Shown one piece after another: positions 22,438 through 32,937 of a DNA stretch of 64,000 nt. The notes under the pieces were generated by a model. It was not told where the DNA came from, ran no database searches, and saw only the letters and a program-made list of their open reading frames with translations. Location: contig CAVZRV010000051.1 of the NCBI GenBank assembly GCA_963777605.1, forward strand, positions 1 to 64,000. The letters are read 5' to 3'. The translations under genes were made by a program, and so were the position numbers. This stretch comes from an uncultured Acidobacteriota bacterium (lineage in GTDB: Bacteria; Acidobacteriota; UBA6911; RPQK01; JAPXNP01). How positions within the stretch are numbered: position 1 is the stretch's first letter; each line of letters starts with the position of its first letter.

Positions 22438-24564
22438 ATGTCGATCAGCTTGCGCCTTCTCAACATCGTTTTTCTTGTTCTTCCCGTCGTCTGTCTCGCC
22501 TGCGAATCAGGAAGGCCTGCGCTCCACCTCAGCTATCCTGAGGCCCAGCGGGGCGACCAGGTGGATGACTACTTCGGGACAAAGGTACCGGATCCCTACC
22601 GATGGATGGAATATATCGATACTCCTGCCGTCGAGAGGTGGGTTGACGCGGAGAACGCGATTTCGGCTCCTTTTCTGGAAGAGCTCGCAGGTCGCGAGCC
22701 GGCCAAGAAGAGACTCACCGAACTCTGGAACTACGAGCGCTTCGGAGTTCCTTTTAAGGAAGGGAATGCCTACTTTTTCTCGCGCAATGACGGACTTCAG
22801 AACCAGGACGTAATTTACGTCGCCGACAGCCTCAACGATGAACCGCGAGTCCTGATCGACCCCAATGCGTTCAGCGAAACTGCGACCGTCGCCCTGTCGG
22901 GCTTAAGCATCAGCCCTGACGGGCGGTACGCGGCATACGCGACTTCCGATGGCGGAACCGATTGGGATACCTGGCACATTCGTTCAGTGGCGACCGGCGA
23001 CGACCTTCCCGAGGCGATCGGCTTCACGAAGTTCACCTCGGCCTCCTGGCTTCCCGACGGTTCGGCCTTCTACTACTCCCGCTACCCGGCGGGACCGGAC
23101 GGCCGTGGGGACGACCAGGCGGCGGTCATGATCTACCTTCACCTTGTTGACACCCCCCAGGAGCAGGACGAACTGGTCTATGCCGTGGAGGATTCCAAGA
23201 CCTGGAACCCGTATGGCGCCGTCACCGAGGACGGCCGCTATCTCATCATCGAGGTGTCCGAGGGGTACAACGAGAACGCCGTCTATTACAAGGAACTCGG
23301 CCGTTCCACCGGCAAAGTCGTTCACCTGCTGGATGAGTGGGATGCACTCTACACGTTCATCGGAAACGACGGGCCCATCTTCTTCTTCCATACCAATAAC
23401 GAAGCGCCCCGAAATCGCGTCGTGGCGATCGACATTCGAAAGCCGGCCCGCGGCAACTGGCTGGAACTCATCCCGCAGGCTGAGGAGACCCTGGAGTCGG
23501 CCTCGTTTGTCGGGGGACATTTCATCGGCCAGTACCTGAAGGATGCCCACGCGCTGGTTCGGGTATTTGACCGGAACGGAAAACCGGTGCGGGATGTCGA
23601 GTTGCCGGGGATTGGTTCGGCCTCCGGCTTTTCGGGAAAGGCCGATGACCCTGAGACGTTCTACCGGTTTGAGAGCTATACGGTTGCTCCGACGGTTTAT
23701 CGGTACGACGTCTCGAATGGTGAATCAACGATTTTTCGCACTGCCCAGGTCGATTTCAAGTCCGAGGATTACGAGACGATCCAGGTGTTCTGCACCAGCC
23801 GGGACGGGACGCGAGTGCCCATGTTCCTGACTTATCGCAAGGGCCTGCAGAAGAACGGACTCAATCCGACTCTTCTGTATGGCTATGGCGGATTCAACAT
23901 TTCCGAGACCCCTTACTTTTCCGTTTCCAGGCTGGTCTGGCTCGAGAGAGGCGGAGTCTTCGCGCACGCCAACCTCCGCGGAGGGGGAGAGTATGGGCAG
24001 GAGTGGCATCTGGCCGGAACCAAGACCCGCAAGCAGAATGTCTTTGACGACTTCATTGCCGCCGCCGAGTACCTCATCCAGGAGAAATACACGTCCACTC
24101 CGAAGCTGGGCATCCAGGGAGGAAGCAACGGAGGATTGCTGATCGGAGCGGTGATCACCCAGCGTCCCGAACTGTTCGGGGCGGCGCTTCCGGCCGTGGG
24201 CGTTCTGGACATGCTGCGCTACCATACCGCCAGCCTGAACGCCCGCCAATGGTCGTCCGATTTCGGTCTCAGCGAGAACCAAGAGGAGTTCAAGGCGCTC
24301 TACAAGTACTCCCCGTACCACAACGTGAAGCAGGGCACCTGCTATCCGCCGACCCTGATTACGACGGCGGACCACGACGACCGGGTGGTGCCCTGGCACA
24401 GTTTTAAGTTCGGCGCGGCCCTCCAGTGGGCCCAGGGCTGCGACAACCCGATCCTGGTTCGCATCGAGACCCGGGCAGGTCACGGCGCCGGCAAGCCCAC
24501 CTGGATGCGCATCGAGGAGGTCTCCGACCAGATCGCCTTTCTCGAGTGGTCCCTGAATCGGTGA
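22438..24564 (+). CDS. Prolyl oligopeptidase (S9A)
   Basis: DPYRWME, YGYGGF, GGSNGGL, DDRV, AGHG. Confidence 0.97.
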   Translation: MSISLRLLNIVFLVLPVVCLACESGRPALHLSYPEAQRGDQVDDYFGTKVPDPYRWMEYIDTPAVERWVDAENAISAPFLEELAGREPAKKRLTELWNYERFGVPFKEGNAYFFSRNDGLQNQDVIYVADSLNDEPRVLIDPNAFSETATVALSGLSISPDGRYAAYATSDGGTDWDTWHIRSVATGDDLPEAIGFTKFTSASWLPDGSAFYYSRYPAGPDGRGDDQAAVMIYLHLVDTPQEQDELVYAVEDSKTWNPYGAVTEDGRYLIIEVSEGYNENAVYYKELGRSTGKVVHLLDEWDALYTFIGNDGPIFFFHTNNEAPRNRVVAIDIRKPARGNWLELIPQAEETLESASFVGGHFIGQYLKDAHALVRVFDRNGKPVRDVELPGIGSASGFSGKADDPETFYRFESYTVAPTVYRYDVSNGESTIFRTAQVDFKSEDYETIQVFCTSRDGTRVPMFLTYRKGLQKNGLNPTLLYGYGGFNISETPYFSVSRLVWLERGGVFAHANLRGGGEYGQEWHLAGTKTRKQNVFDDFIAAAEYLIQEKYTSTPKLGIQGGSNGGLLIGAVITQRPELFGAALPAVGVLDMLRYHTASLNARQWSSDFGLSENQEEFKALYKYSPYHNVKQGTCYPPTLITTADHDDRVVPWHSFKFGAALQWAQGCDNPILVRIETRAGHGAGKPTWMRIEEVSDQIAFLEWSLNR

Positions 24565-24596
24565 CACGCTCCGGGCCGGCTCGAGACTTCAATTCA

Positions 24597-26544
24597 TCAG
24601 TCGATAATCGCTTCCGCAATTTCGCCGAAGTGGTGATCGTTGATGACGACGTCAGCCGTAATGATTCTGCGTTTGCCGAGATTGTCAATCCGCCTTAACC
24701 GAAACGGAAGGGCGACGGCCACCTTCGGCGGGATTGTAACCGTACGTGTGGCTGTTTCGGCCGTCACATCCTCAGGCAGTTGTAAAACCACCTCCGCGCG
24801 GGCCTCTCTGGAGAGGTGATTGCGGATCACCACTTCGATTTCGAACTCGGAGTCATCGGTTGGAAAGGAACGGTAGGGGTACAGGTGACACCACCGGTAG
24901 TCCATCCCAAAGTTGGGATCGGGCTGATCGATAAAATTGGTCATCGTGTCCCGGACTCTCATGCCCCATGCGAGAAACTCCTCCAGGTCTTCACGGGTCG
25001 GCGAGTACTCCTCCGTGTGAGCGGGGCAGACGATATCTGGTTGGTAATCCAGCATTTTCTGGGCACAGGTAATGAATCCTCCGTCGAGGAAGTACTCGTT
25101 CTGGGGGACCAGCGGACCGTTCCGGACCCGGGCGGGATCGATCTTCTTCCAGGTGTTGTCTCCGGTGAAGAGCACCCGCTGCCCGTCGATGATGGCGAAG
25201 AGACCCTGGTGAAACTCGGTTTGTCCGGGCAGGTGAAAGAATTGCAGTTCGTACTCCTGCCAGCGGATTCTCTCTCCATCGTGCAGTACCCGATCCGCCC
25301 TGATCGGGAACGGGACCAGGCAGGGAAGACGATATCGGGTCGGATTCTCAATAACGTCGAGCATCTTCTCGAACACCCAGAACTTCGTATTGCCGTCACG
25401 AAGAAGTTCCTGGGAGCGAATCAGGTGGTCATCATGGTAGTGACTGAATGTGACCACGTCGATTTCCGTGACCCCAAACTGATTCTTGAAAGCTTCGAGA
25501 TCGTTCAGATCCACGTAGCCGTAGTCGTAAAGAAGTGCCTTTCCGCTGTCGGACAGGATCGCGTATGTGGTGAGGTCACCCTTCGACCGCCCCTCGGTCG
25601 TCCCGAGGTGGACCAGGTGTGGCGTAATGCTGCGCGATCGGTCCGATGGTCCGATGCAGTTCGTTCGGAGGGAGCAGGTCACGGAGGGTTTCATGGACCC
25701 TTCGGTTTGCGCCAATTGCCGTATCCGGATCGCGAATTGGATTCCCATGCGAAGGAAGCAGCCAATCCGGATCAGTCTTCAGCACGGTATCAAAGGATGC
25801 TTCGCTGGCGTCGATACCCTGGGTGAAGCCGTAATAGTCCCAGTGGAGGTCGAACCAGTCGATGACCTTTCCCTCGCCCGCGATCAAATCCCCCGTGAAA
25901 ACGACTCGGTGACCATCGATCACCGCGCCGTACGAAACCGAGTGCTCGGTGTGTGCGGGTGTTTCCAGGACGTTGAATTGAATGGCCCCCCAGTTGAACC
26001 GGTCTCCGTCGTTTACCTTCCTGTCTACGCGAATGCTGCGGCGCACCGTGTTGAAGTGGGAGCGGAGGTCATAGTTCAGATAGAGTGGCGCATTCGCCCA
26101 GAACTGCCCGGCCCGGTCGAGGTAAGCGGACTCCTTCTCGGGAGCAACCACCTGGAAGCTCGGTTCCTTCGCTACCTCGACGAGGCCCTGAACCTGATCG
26201 CGGTGGTGATGGGTGATGAGGATCTGGCTGACTCGTTCTGCGCCGATTTCTCCAAGAATTCCAAGTGCCGCTCCTGATCCGAAATCGACGAGGAGAGCAT
26301 CGGACCCCTGTTTGATGATGTAGACGTTGCAGGTGTCCCGAAAGAGGTAGAGGTTTTCACTGAGTTGACTCCAGTTTCCGGTCGGCTCAAAGTCGTGGTC
26401 GTGCTGCCGGGTCGGGTCGGATGCCAAGTCGCCGACGAAGCGAATCCCAGGTGGGGACTCCATCTGCTGACAGCCGGCCGTCAGAAGGAGAGCCGTCAGG
26501 CAGGCACCAAGTGCTATTCGCATGCAACCGGACCGAGTATTCAT
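24597..26544 (-). CDS. Tandem MBL-fold metallo-hydrolase lipoprotein, frameshift near 25620
   Basis: Lipobox LTAGC; THHHRDQ, PAHT, FTGD in domain 1; SHYHDDH, FTGD, PAH in domain 2. Confidence 0.8.
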
Positions 26545-26788
26545 TCAGTACCTCAGCTGTTGTCACCGGACTTTCTGGAAGATGATCGGCTTTCGAATGG
26601 TAACCAGTTTTCCCTCCGGAAAGAAAGGAGCCTTGAATTCCTGAAAGCCCACCTCCGTCGGTGACCCATGCGGATTACGTCTAAATTCCGGGTGACCTCG
26701 TAAGAGTTATGATTTTTTGTGACAGGGCAACGGCCCGATCTCCGTCTAACTCCTGAATTTTCAAGGCCCCGCACGAACTCGTGGAATG

Positions 26789-26804
26789 TGGAACGAAAAC
26801 TGCT
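26789..26804 (+). promoter_or_regulatory. Possible sigma-54 (-24/-12) promoter
   Basis: TGGAACGAAAACTGCT versus consensus TGGCACG-N4-TTGCW, with correct GG-N10-GC spacing, ~50 bp upstream of ATG 26856. Confidence 0.4.
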
Positions 26805-26855
26805 TTATGAGGAGTTCAAATCCACAATCCTCTTCAGTATTTGAAAGGGCTTATC

Positions 26856-27536
26856 ATGAAACGCCTTCTTTCTCTTGTCTTGGTGGTTGTCTGCCTGGGG
26901 GAAACCGGGTTGCCGATCGAAGCCGCGACCGAATCCTTAATTGCAAAGAACCGGGTGACATTCAGTGCCCTTCCTCAGCGATCGGTTGCCGAAAGGAACA
27001 ACTCCTTTGGCGATTCTCTGCTTCAATTTTCGGAAGTCATTCGGGGCCGAAATGTCTCCGCAATCGGCCGATGGTTTCATCGCCAGGTTCGCTTTTCAGA
27101 CTGGCCGCAACTGGACGTGCAGAATGCTTCTGGTGACCTCGTCGTTCACTCCCGCGGGTTCGGATCGAACGAGCGAACCCTCAATGCTAGTCGTGCAACG
27201 GTTCTAAAGAGCTGGGAGTCATTCTTGAGCCAATTTCGGCGAATTGAAGCGGTTCGTTTTGCGGTGATTGAACCCGTTTTCGTGGGCGAGAATCCGGTTT
27301 GCGTCGAAGCCGCCGAACTCCGGTTCGTACTGGTTGGAACCGATCAGAAGGGTTGTCGCTTCTGGTTGTCGGGAGCCGGACGTGTCGATGCTGATTTGAC
27401 CCCGGATGCCGGCTGGCGATTCAGCGGATTCCAGGTCGATCGGGTGGATGAGTACCGTTGTCCCCCCGACCTGCTGGCCGAGAAGAGTGAAAATGCTGAC
27501 GCCGGTCGTGTCCACGCTCTGTCACTATCCTCATAA
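26856..27536 (+). CDS. Hypothetical secreted protein
   Basis: Signal peptide MKRLLSLVLVVVCL; no recognised motif. Confidence 0.55.
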   Translation: MKRLLSLVLVVVCLGETGLPIEAATESLIAKNRVTFSALPQRSVAERNNSFGDSLLQFSEVIRGRNVSAIGRWFHRQVRFSDWPQLDVQNASGDLVVHSRGFGSNERTLNASRATVLKSWESFLSQFRRIEAVRFAVIEPVFVGENPVCVEAAELRFVLVGTDQKGCRFWLSGAGRVDADLTPDAGWRFSGFQVDRVDEYRCPPDLLAEKSENADAGRVHALSLSS

Positions 27537-27668
27537 CGAGTCGGTTTCCTTCTCATCCATCCTTCCGGAATCTCCTTGAAGGCTGGATTTTCGGGGACGG
27601 CTGATGGTTAGATGCACATCAGGGAATGGAGCGAGTCTTCCGGCCAGGCGGTACTTGGGGGTAAGGGG

Positions 27669-29075
27669 ATGAACTTCGTGTTGGGAAGGAAACGCTCGAT
27701 CTGGTTGGTCGTCGGCTTCATTGCAGCGACCCTGGTTGTTCCGATTCTCCAGGCTCAGGAGAGAGGCCCGAACATCATTCTCCTGGTCGCGGACGATCAG
27801 CGCTGGGACACCCTGGGGATCACTGGCAATCCGGTAATCCAGACTCCCCAACTCGACCGGTTGGGACGCGAGGGCGTGGTTTTCGACCACATGTTCGTCA
27901 CTACCTCTATCTGCGCGACGAGCCGGGCTTCGATCTTCACGGGCCAGTACGCCCGTCGACATGGCGTTTGGGACTTCAGCACGGAACTCTCGGTCAGCCA
28001 GTTGAACGAGACTTACCTGGGCGTTCTCAAGCAGGCGGGATATCGGATCGGTTTTGTTGGGAAATGGGGCGTTGGCAATCCTCCTGCGGGAATTCTCGAC
28101 TTCGACCGGGCATTCCCGGGCCAGGGGAACTACTGGTTCCAGGACGGTCCCCGGCGGCGCCACCTGACCGAGTGGATGGGCGACCAGGCGGTGCAGTTTC
28201 TGGTCGGTGCGTCGGAGGATTCGCGGCCCTTTTGCCTTTCGGTCAGCTTCAAGGCCCCCCACGTCCAGGACTCGTATGACCTCAGCCAGAACCCGTTTCC
28301 CTACGGGCCTGAAACGGCTGCACTCTATCGGGACGACAGCATCGAGGCGCCGCGGACCGCCGCTCCCGATTTCTTTGAGCGACTTCCGACGATCATCCAG
28401 GATTCTGAGAACCGGATGCGCTGGGCGGTGCGCTTTTGGGGGCCAAGCCGATACCAGGAATCGGTGAAAGGCTACTACCGGCTGATCAGCGGGATTGACA
28501 ACGTTGTCGGGCGGATTCGGGAGTCGTTGCAGCAGTTGGATCTGGACCGGAACACCGTGATTCTGTTCACGGGGGACAATGGCTTCTTCCTCGGAGAGTC
28601 CGGGCTGGCCGGAAAGTGGCTTCCGCATGAGCCCTCGATTCGAGTGCCCCTGTTGGTCTATGACCCGCGTGCGGGTACTGGTGCATCCGGGCGTCGGATC
28701 GACGAACTCGTGTTGAATATCGATCTTGCTCCAACCATCGTCCAACTGGCGGGACAGGCCATTCCGAAGAGGATGCAGGGCAAGAGCCTTCTTGCCCTGA
28801 TTCAGGGCGAAGCTGGGGGCTGGAGGAACGAGTTCTTTTACGAACACCTCTTCGAGCACCCGAGGATCCCGCGCAGCGAGGGGGTAAGGACCCAACGCTG
28901 GAAATACTTCCGCTACATCGATACCGATCCCCTCATCGAGGAGCTTTACGATCTCAAAACAGATCCTTTCGAAGAGCACAACCTCGCTGGAGACCCCGAT
29001 TTCGCCGATGACCTCCACGAAATGCGGGCAGCCTGGAAGCGGCTCAGGTCAACGGTAATGGAACCCGCTGATTGA
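27669..29075 (+). CDS. Formylglycine-dependent sulfatase
   Basis: PNIILLVADDQR, CATSRASIFTG, GKW, GDNG, ELYDLKTDP. Confidence 0.95.
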   Translation: MNFVLGRKRSIWLVVGFIAATLVVPILQAQERGPNIILLVADDQRWDTLGITGNPVIQTPQLDRLGREGVVFDHMFVTTSICATSRASIFTGQYARRHGVWDFSTELSVSQLNETYLGVLKQAGYRIGFVGKWGVGNPPAGILDFDRAFPGQGNYWFQDGPRRRHLTEWMGDQAVQFLVGASEDSRPFCLSVSFKAPHVQDSYDLSQNPFPYGPETAALYRDDSIEAPRTAAPDFFERLPTIIQDSENRMRWAVRFWGPSRYQESVKGYYRLISGIDNVVGRIRESLQQLDLDRNTVILFTGDNGFFLGESGLAGKWLPHEPSIRVPLLVYDPRAGTGASGRRIDELVLNIDLAPTIVQLAGQAIPKRMQGKSLLALIQGEAGGWRNEFFYEHLFEHPRIPRSEGVRTQRWKYFRYIDTDPLIEELYDLKTDPFEEHNLAGDPDFADDLHEMRAAWKRLRSTVMEPAD

Positions 29076-29305
29076 CCTGAAACTTCATTTGGGATGAGTT
29101 CCTGGTTTCTCGTTCCTCGAGGGAGAGTAATCCAGGCAGCCCTGCCTGGGATGGCGGCCGGGCAGCCTGCCCGGCGGAAGTGAGCATTCTCAATCCAGGA
29201 TTCTTGATTTCCGGTTTGTTCTGAAACAGCCCGCCACCGGGACTGAATCGCACTTTCAGTGCTGCATTGCCGTCCCGGCTCCCATTCCCGGGACGTTGCC
29301 GCGAC
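29072..29305. repeat. Half-joint plus module B of the modular repeat
   Basis: TGACCTGAAACTTCA overlaps the sulfatase stop; following sequence is near-identical to 8519-8725. Confidence 0.85.
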
Positions 29306-29619
29306 TCGCAAAGTTCGTACACTCCTGTGAGAAATTGGGTTACCGGACGCGATCGCCCCTGGCGCCTGCGCTTGTGACGATGTCCGCTTTGGGCGCGATC
29401 ATCAATCGACCGGTTGCCCGATCATACATCGGGCGCCAAAATCCCACCAGCATCGCTCGTTCTCGTCAGGCGTAGAACGTAACGCATGCTGGCCGCGGGA
29501 TTCGTGATTGGTGTCGGATTGTTATTGACAAAAGTGCCTATAGGGAGTCTCCTGTTACCAACTATTGCCAACCTGATCCGCTCCCAGTGGATCCAAAGCA
29601 CAGGTAAAGGAGATGACAA

Positions 29620-30787
29620 ATGTTCTCCAGGAGATGGCTTTTTGCCGGAGTTCTCGCAGTGTCGTGTGCAGCCGCCCCGTTACTTGCTCAATCATTCGGA
29701 CTTCCCCAGGTCGTCGCCGGAAGGTTCGACAAAGACACTCTGAGCACGACGGTGACGATCAGTAACAATGCTCAGGTCGCCTGCGGATTCCTGATGCAAT
29801 ACCTGCTGGGGCCCGCAAAGGATCCCACCACGACGTTGCTTACAAACGGGGTGTCTGAAGGCAACAACTTCGTGGATACGGTCCCGCCGGGAGGGACGCG
29901 GGCATTTACGGTCACAGTGCCGGAATCCGCGGATCCATTCCTGGGAGGAGCGGCGATCTCACCCTTTGCGGTCGGTTGTCGCAGCTCACTTCAGGTTGAC
30001 GTTTCCTATCAGATCCAGGGGGAGAGCGGAGACGTGTCCGAAGTCTTTTCCTACGCCTCCCCGGACGTGGTGCCCTTCGGCCAGTGTGCCGAGGCTCCCA
30101 TCAACTATGTTCCCGGACAGGAAGAGCCTGGAGTGGCGATGCTGGCCGTGTCGGTTCCCGCAGGGGCATCCACCGAAATGAGCCTGCTCGATTCGGACGG
30201 GAACCCGGTGGAACAGCGCGGAGCGGAGGCTTGGGACGGTGGGCACAATGCCAAACTCCTGACGGAGTTCTTCGATCTCCCCGATGCCTTCTCGGGAAAG
30301 TGGAGGGTCTGCTTCAATGAGAGCCCACAGGAGCGGCCAACTCCTCTTCGGAGACGAAGCGAGCGCGCTTGTTTATCGACGTCTTTCACGTCAGGGTCAT
30401 CCGCAGCTCTCGACCCGGACGAGTCAGGTGGTCAATCCCGGCTGCCAGGACAACGGAACCGCGCTCTGCCTCAACGACAACCGGTTCAGAGTGTCTGTGA
30501 ACTGGAAGGAAGGGCAGTCCTCGAATCCTGCGACGCCGGACCGAAACGACGCGGATTCGGGCTACTTCTGGTTTCAGGTGCCGGGCGATTTTGACGTGAT
30601 GGCCCAGGTCCTGGATTCCTGCTCGGTCAATGACCACTACTGGGTCTTCGCCGGATCGACCACGAATGTCGAATACACTCTCGAGGTCACCGATACCGAG
30701 ACGGGCCAGAGCAGGGAATACACTCATCCTGCAGGGTCGGCGGCAACTCCGATCTTCGACACCGAAGCGTTCGCGACCTGCCCGTGA
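29620..30787 (+). CDS. Secreted protein with conserved C-terminal domain, frameshift near 30350-30420
   Basis: Signal peptide; C-terminal LCLNDNRFRV...SGYFWF...VLDSC..N.HYWVFAG.TTNVEYTL.VTDT, a pattern I associate with Acidobacteriota secreted proteins. Confidence 0.7.
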
Positions 30788-30796
30788 GCGGGGAAG

Positions 30797-31895
30797 TCAA
30801 TAGTCCCATTTCTTTTGACCGACCGTTTCGAGCAACAGTTGGCGCCCTTCGAGGACATCCTGACCGAGGGCCCAGATCATGACGCCCCGGAGGCGGTTGA
30901 CCCGCGCAAAGTCGCACTTGATCCCGATCGACTGAGGCGTGTCGAAGGTGATGACCTGACCGGGTTGCACACGAGTCAGGAAGGGAACCAGTGCCGAGCC
31001 GTCCCAGTGGTACTCCCAGCCGCCGGCCGCCCAGTTCATCACGATCTCGCTGTAGTTGATGTAGTGGCCCCCGCGCGAGGGTCCCTTGACCTGTTCAGCG
31101 TCGAGGACGAAACCGTAGAAGGGAAGGCCGAGGAGCAGCTTCTCGGGCGGAATCCCCATTTGGCGCATCATGAAGTCGACGGCAGTTGCTGCACCCTCGG
31201 GGATCCCCTTGGATCCCGGGATGTCTGAGTACACGGGGGAATTGAAGCCGGCCACACGGCTCCAGAGTCCGTGGAAGTCGTAGGTCATGATGTTGAACCA
31301 GTCGAGTTGGTCCTTGAGAATCGAGTGATCGAACGTTTCGTCCGAACGAAGCCGGCCGGATGCGGCCATCGTGATGAGGAGCGGTTTCCCCATCCGGTCG
31401 ATGGCCGATCTCAACTCGGTGACCAGGATCGCATGGTTGGCGCGCTCTTCCGGGCCGCGCGGGTATTCCCAGTCAAAGTCGATGCCGTCGTACCCGTTTT
31501 CGTCACAAAAGCGGATCAGGTTGGCAATGAAATGAGCTCGCAGTTCGGGATCGGCGGCGACCGGGGGAAACCCCTCGACGGCTTTTCCTCCCCCTCCTCC
31601 GCCGACGGAAACCAGGATCTTCGCGGCCCGCTGCGTGGGCTGCCTGCACGAGTTCCGGATAAAGGAAACGATCGCTGTAATCGAGAGTCCCGTCCGTTTT
31701 CGGGCGGATAAACGCGTGGCAGAGGTGGGTAAGCGTTTTGAAGTCGACCTGCTCCGCGGGAAGTCGGTCCCTCATCCCGGCGGGATAGTAGCCGAGCACG
31801 AAAGACTCGGCCGCTTTTCCGACCGGCGACAAGAACATGAAGAGCAGCACCGCAATCGGTCCATGCTTCAATGAAATCTTCCAGAGCATCTCCAA
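30797..31895 (-). CDS. GH18 chitinase-like hydrolase, frameshifted
   Basis: DGIDFDWEYP read manually at ~31460-31490; THLCHAF, IMTYDFHG, LGLPFYG, GVMIW. Confidence 0.9.
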
Positions 31896-31972
31896 ACCTC
31901 CCGGAATTTTCGTGTTGATTTCTCATTTGAGAATGCTTGGACAGCCTGAAAAAGGCAAGATGAGATCGCAGC

Positions 31973-32443
31973 ATGATGCCGGGGGGACGAGGGTTGTTTA
32001 ACACGGGCGGCCGGTCCCGATGGGAACTGAATTTCGTTGAAATCACCTCCGAGGAAGCGGAGAACTTTCGCAACTACCTGAACCGGGGAGGGTTTGCCGT
32101 CTTCGACGATTTCGACGGTCCTCGTGACTGGACCGTGTTCGAGTCGGCGATGAGCGTGGTCTTTCCCGGACGCCGGATGACACGACTCGAGGTGGACGAT
32201 CCCATCTTCCACTGTTTCTTCGACATCGAAACGCTGGACATGCTGCCCCCCTATAACGTCCGAGGCGTCCCGGAGTTCTGGGCGTTGCGGGACGACTCGG
32301 GACGGATCCAGGCGGTGGCCAATTTCAACAACGATATCGGTGACTACTGGGAGTGGTCCGACGAATCCTTCTACCCGATCGATCTCTCCAACGAAGCCTA
32401 CAAACTCGGCGTCAACTACGCCGTATACGCCCTCTCACACTAG
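31973..32443 (+). CDS. DUF4159 domain protein (possibly N-truncated)
   Basis: YLNRGGF..FDDF, DPIFHCFF, NNDIGDYWEW, AYKLGVNYAVYALSH. Confidence 0.8.
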   Translation: MMPGGRGLFNTGGRSRWELNFVEITSEEAENFRNYLNRGGFAVFDDFDGPRDWTVFESAMSVVFPGRRMTRLEVDDPIFHCFFDIETLDMLPPYNVRGVPEFWALRDDSGRIQAVANFNNDIGDYWEWSDESFYPIDLSNEAYKLGVNYAVYALSH

Positions 32444-32937
32444 AGTGGGACATGCGTCCCCGCTTGTCTTCGTGGTCGCAGCCTCCTCGCCTAGTCAGTT
32501 GGGGACGCCACTGTGAATCTGCAGTTGAACTTCTTCCCGGGCAGGCGGACTCTCAGCTTGTCCCGGCGGCGTTCCGGAGCCAGGTTCGAGCGGTAGCCCA
32601 GAACGTATTCGTCTCAGGTCGCTCCCAGATTGTGTACCAGTCGCAGACAGCCGCATTGAAGCGATCCAACCAAGGCTGTGGGTGATATGAGGGTTGGGGA
32701 AATCGGTGCCAGACTTGGGCAGGAAGTCTTTGCCTATGGGAGGTTGCGAGGGCAATAGGTGCGTGTCACCGAATTGCGTCCTACGTTGTTGACCATCGTG
32801 TGAAGCTTTTTCGTTGCTCGAAATGACAATCTGGGTTAGGGTTTGGGCGGCAAGTTGAGCGTTGAAGCGACGCCTGTTCCGCGGCCTCAGTTGGGCGGTC
32901 GGCAGGCGGGTTCCTGTTGAAGTTGGAGGCAGTTACG

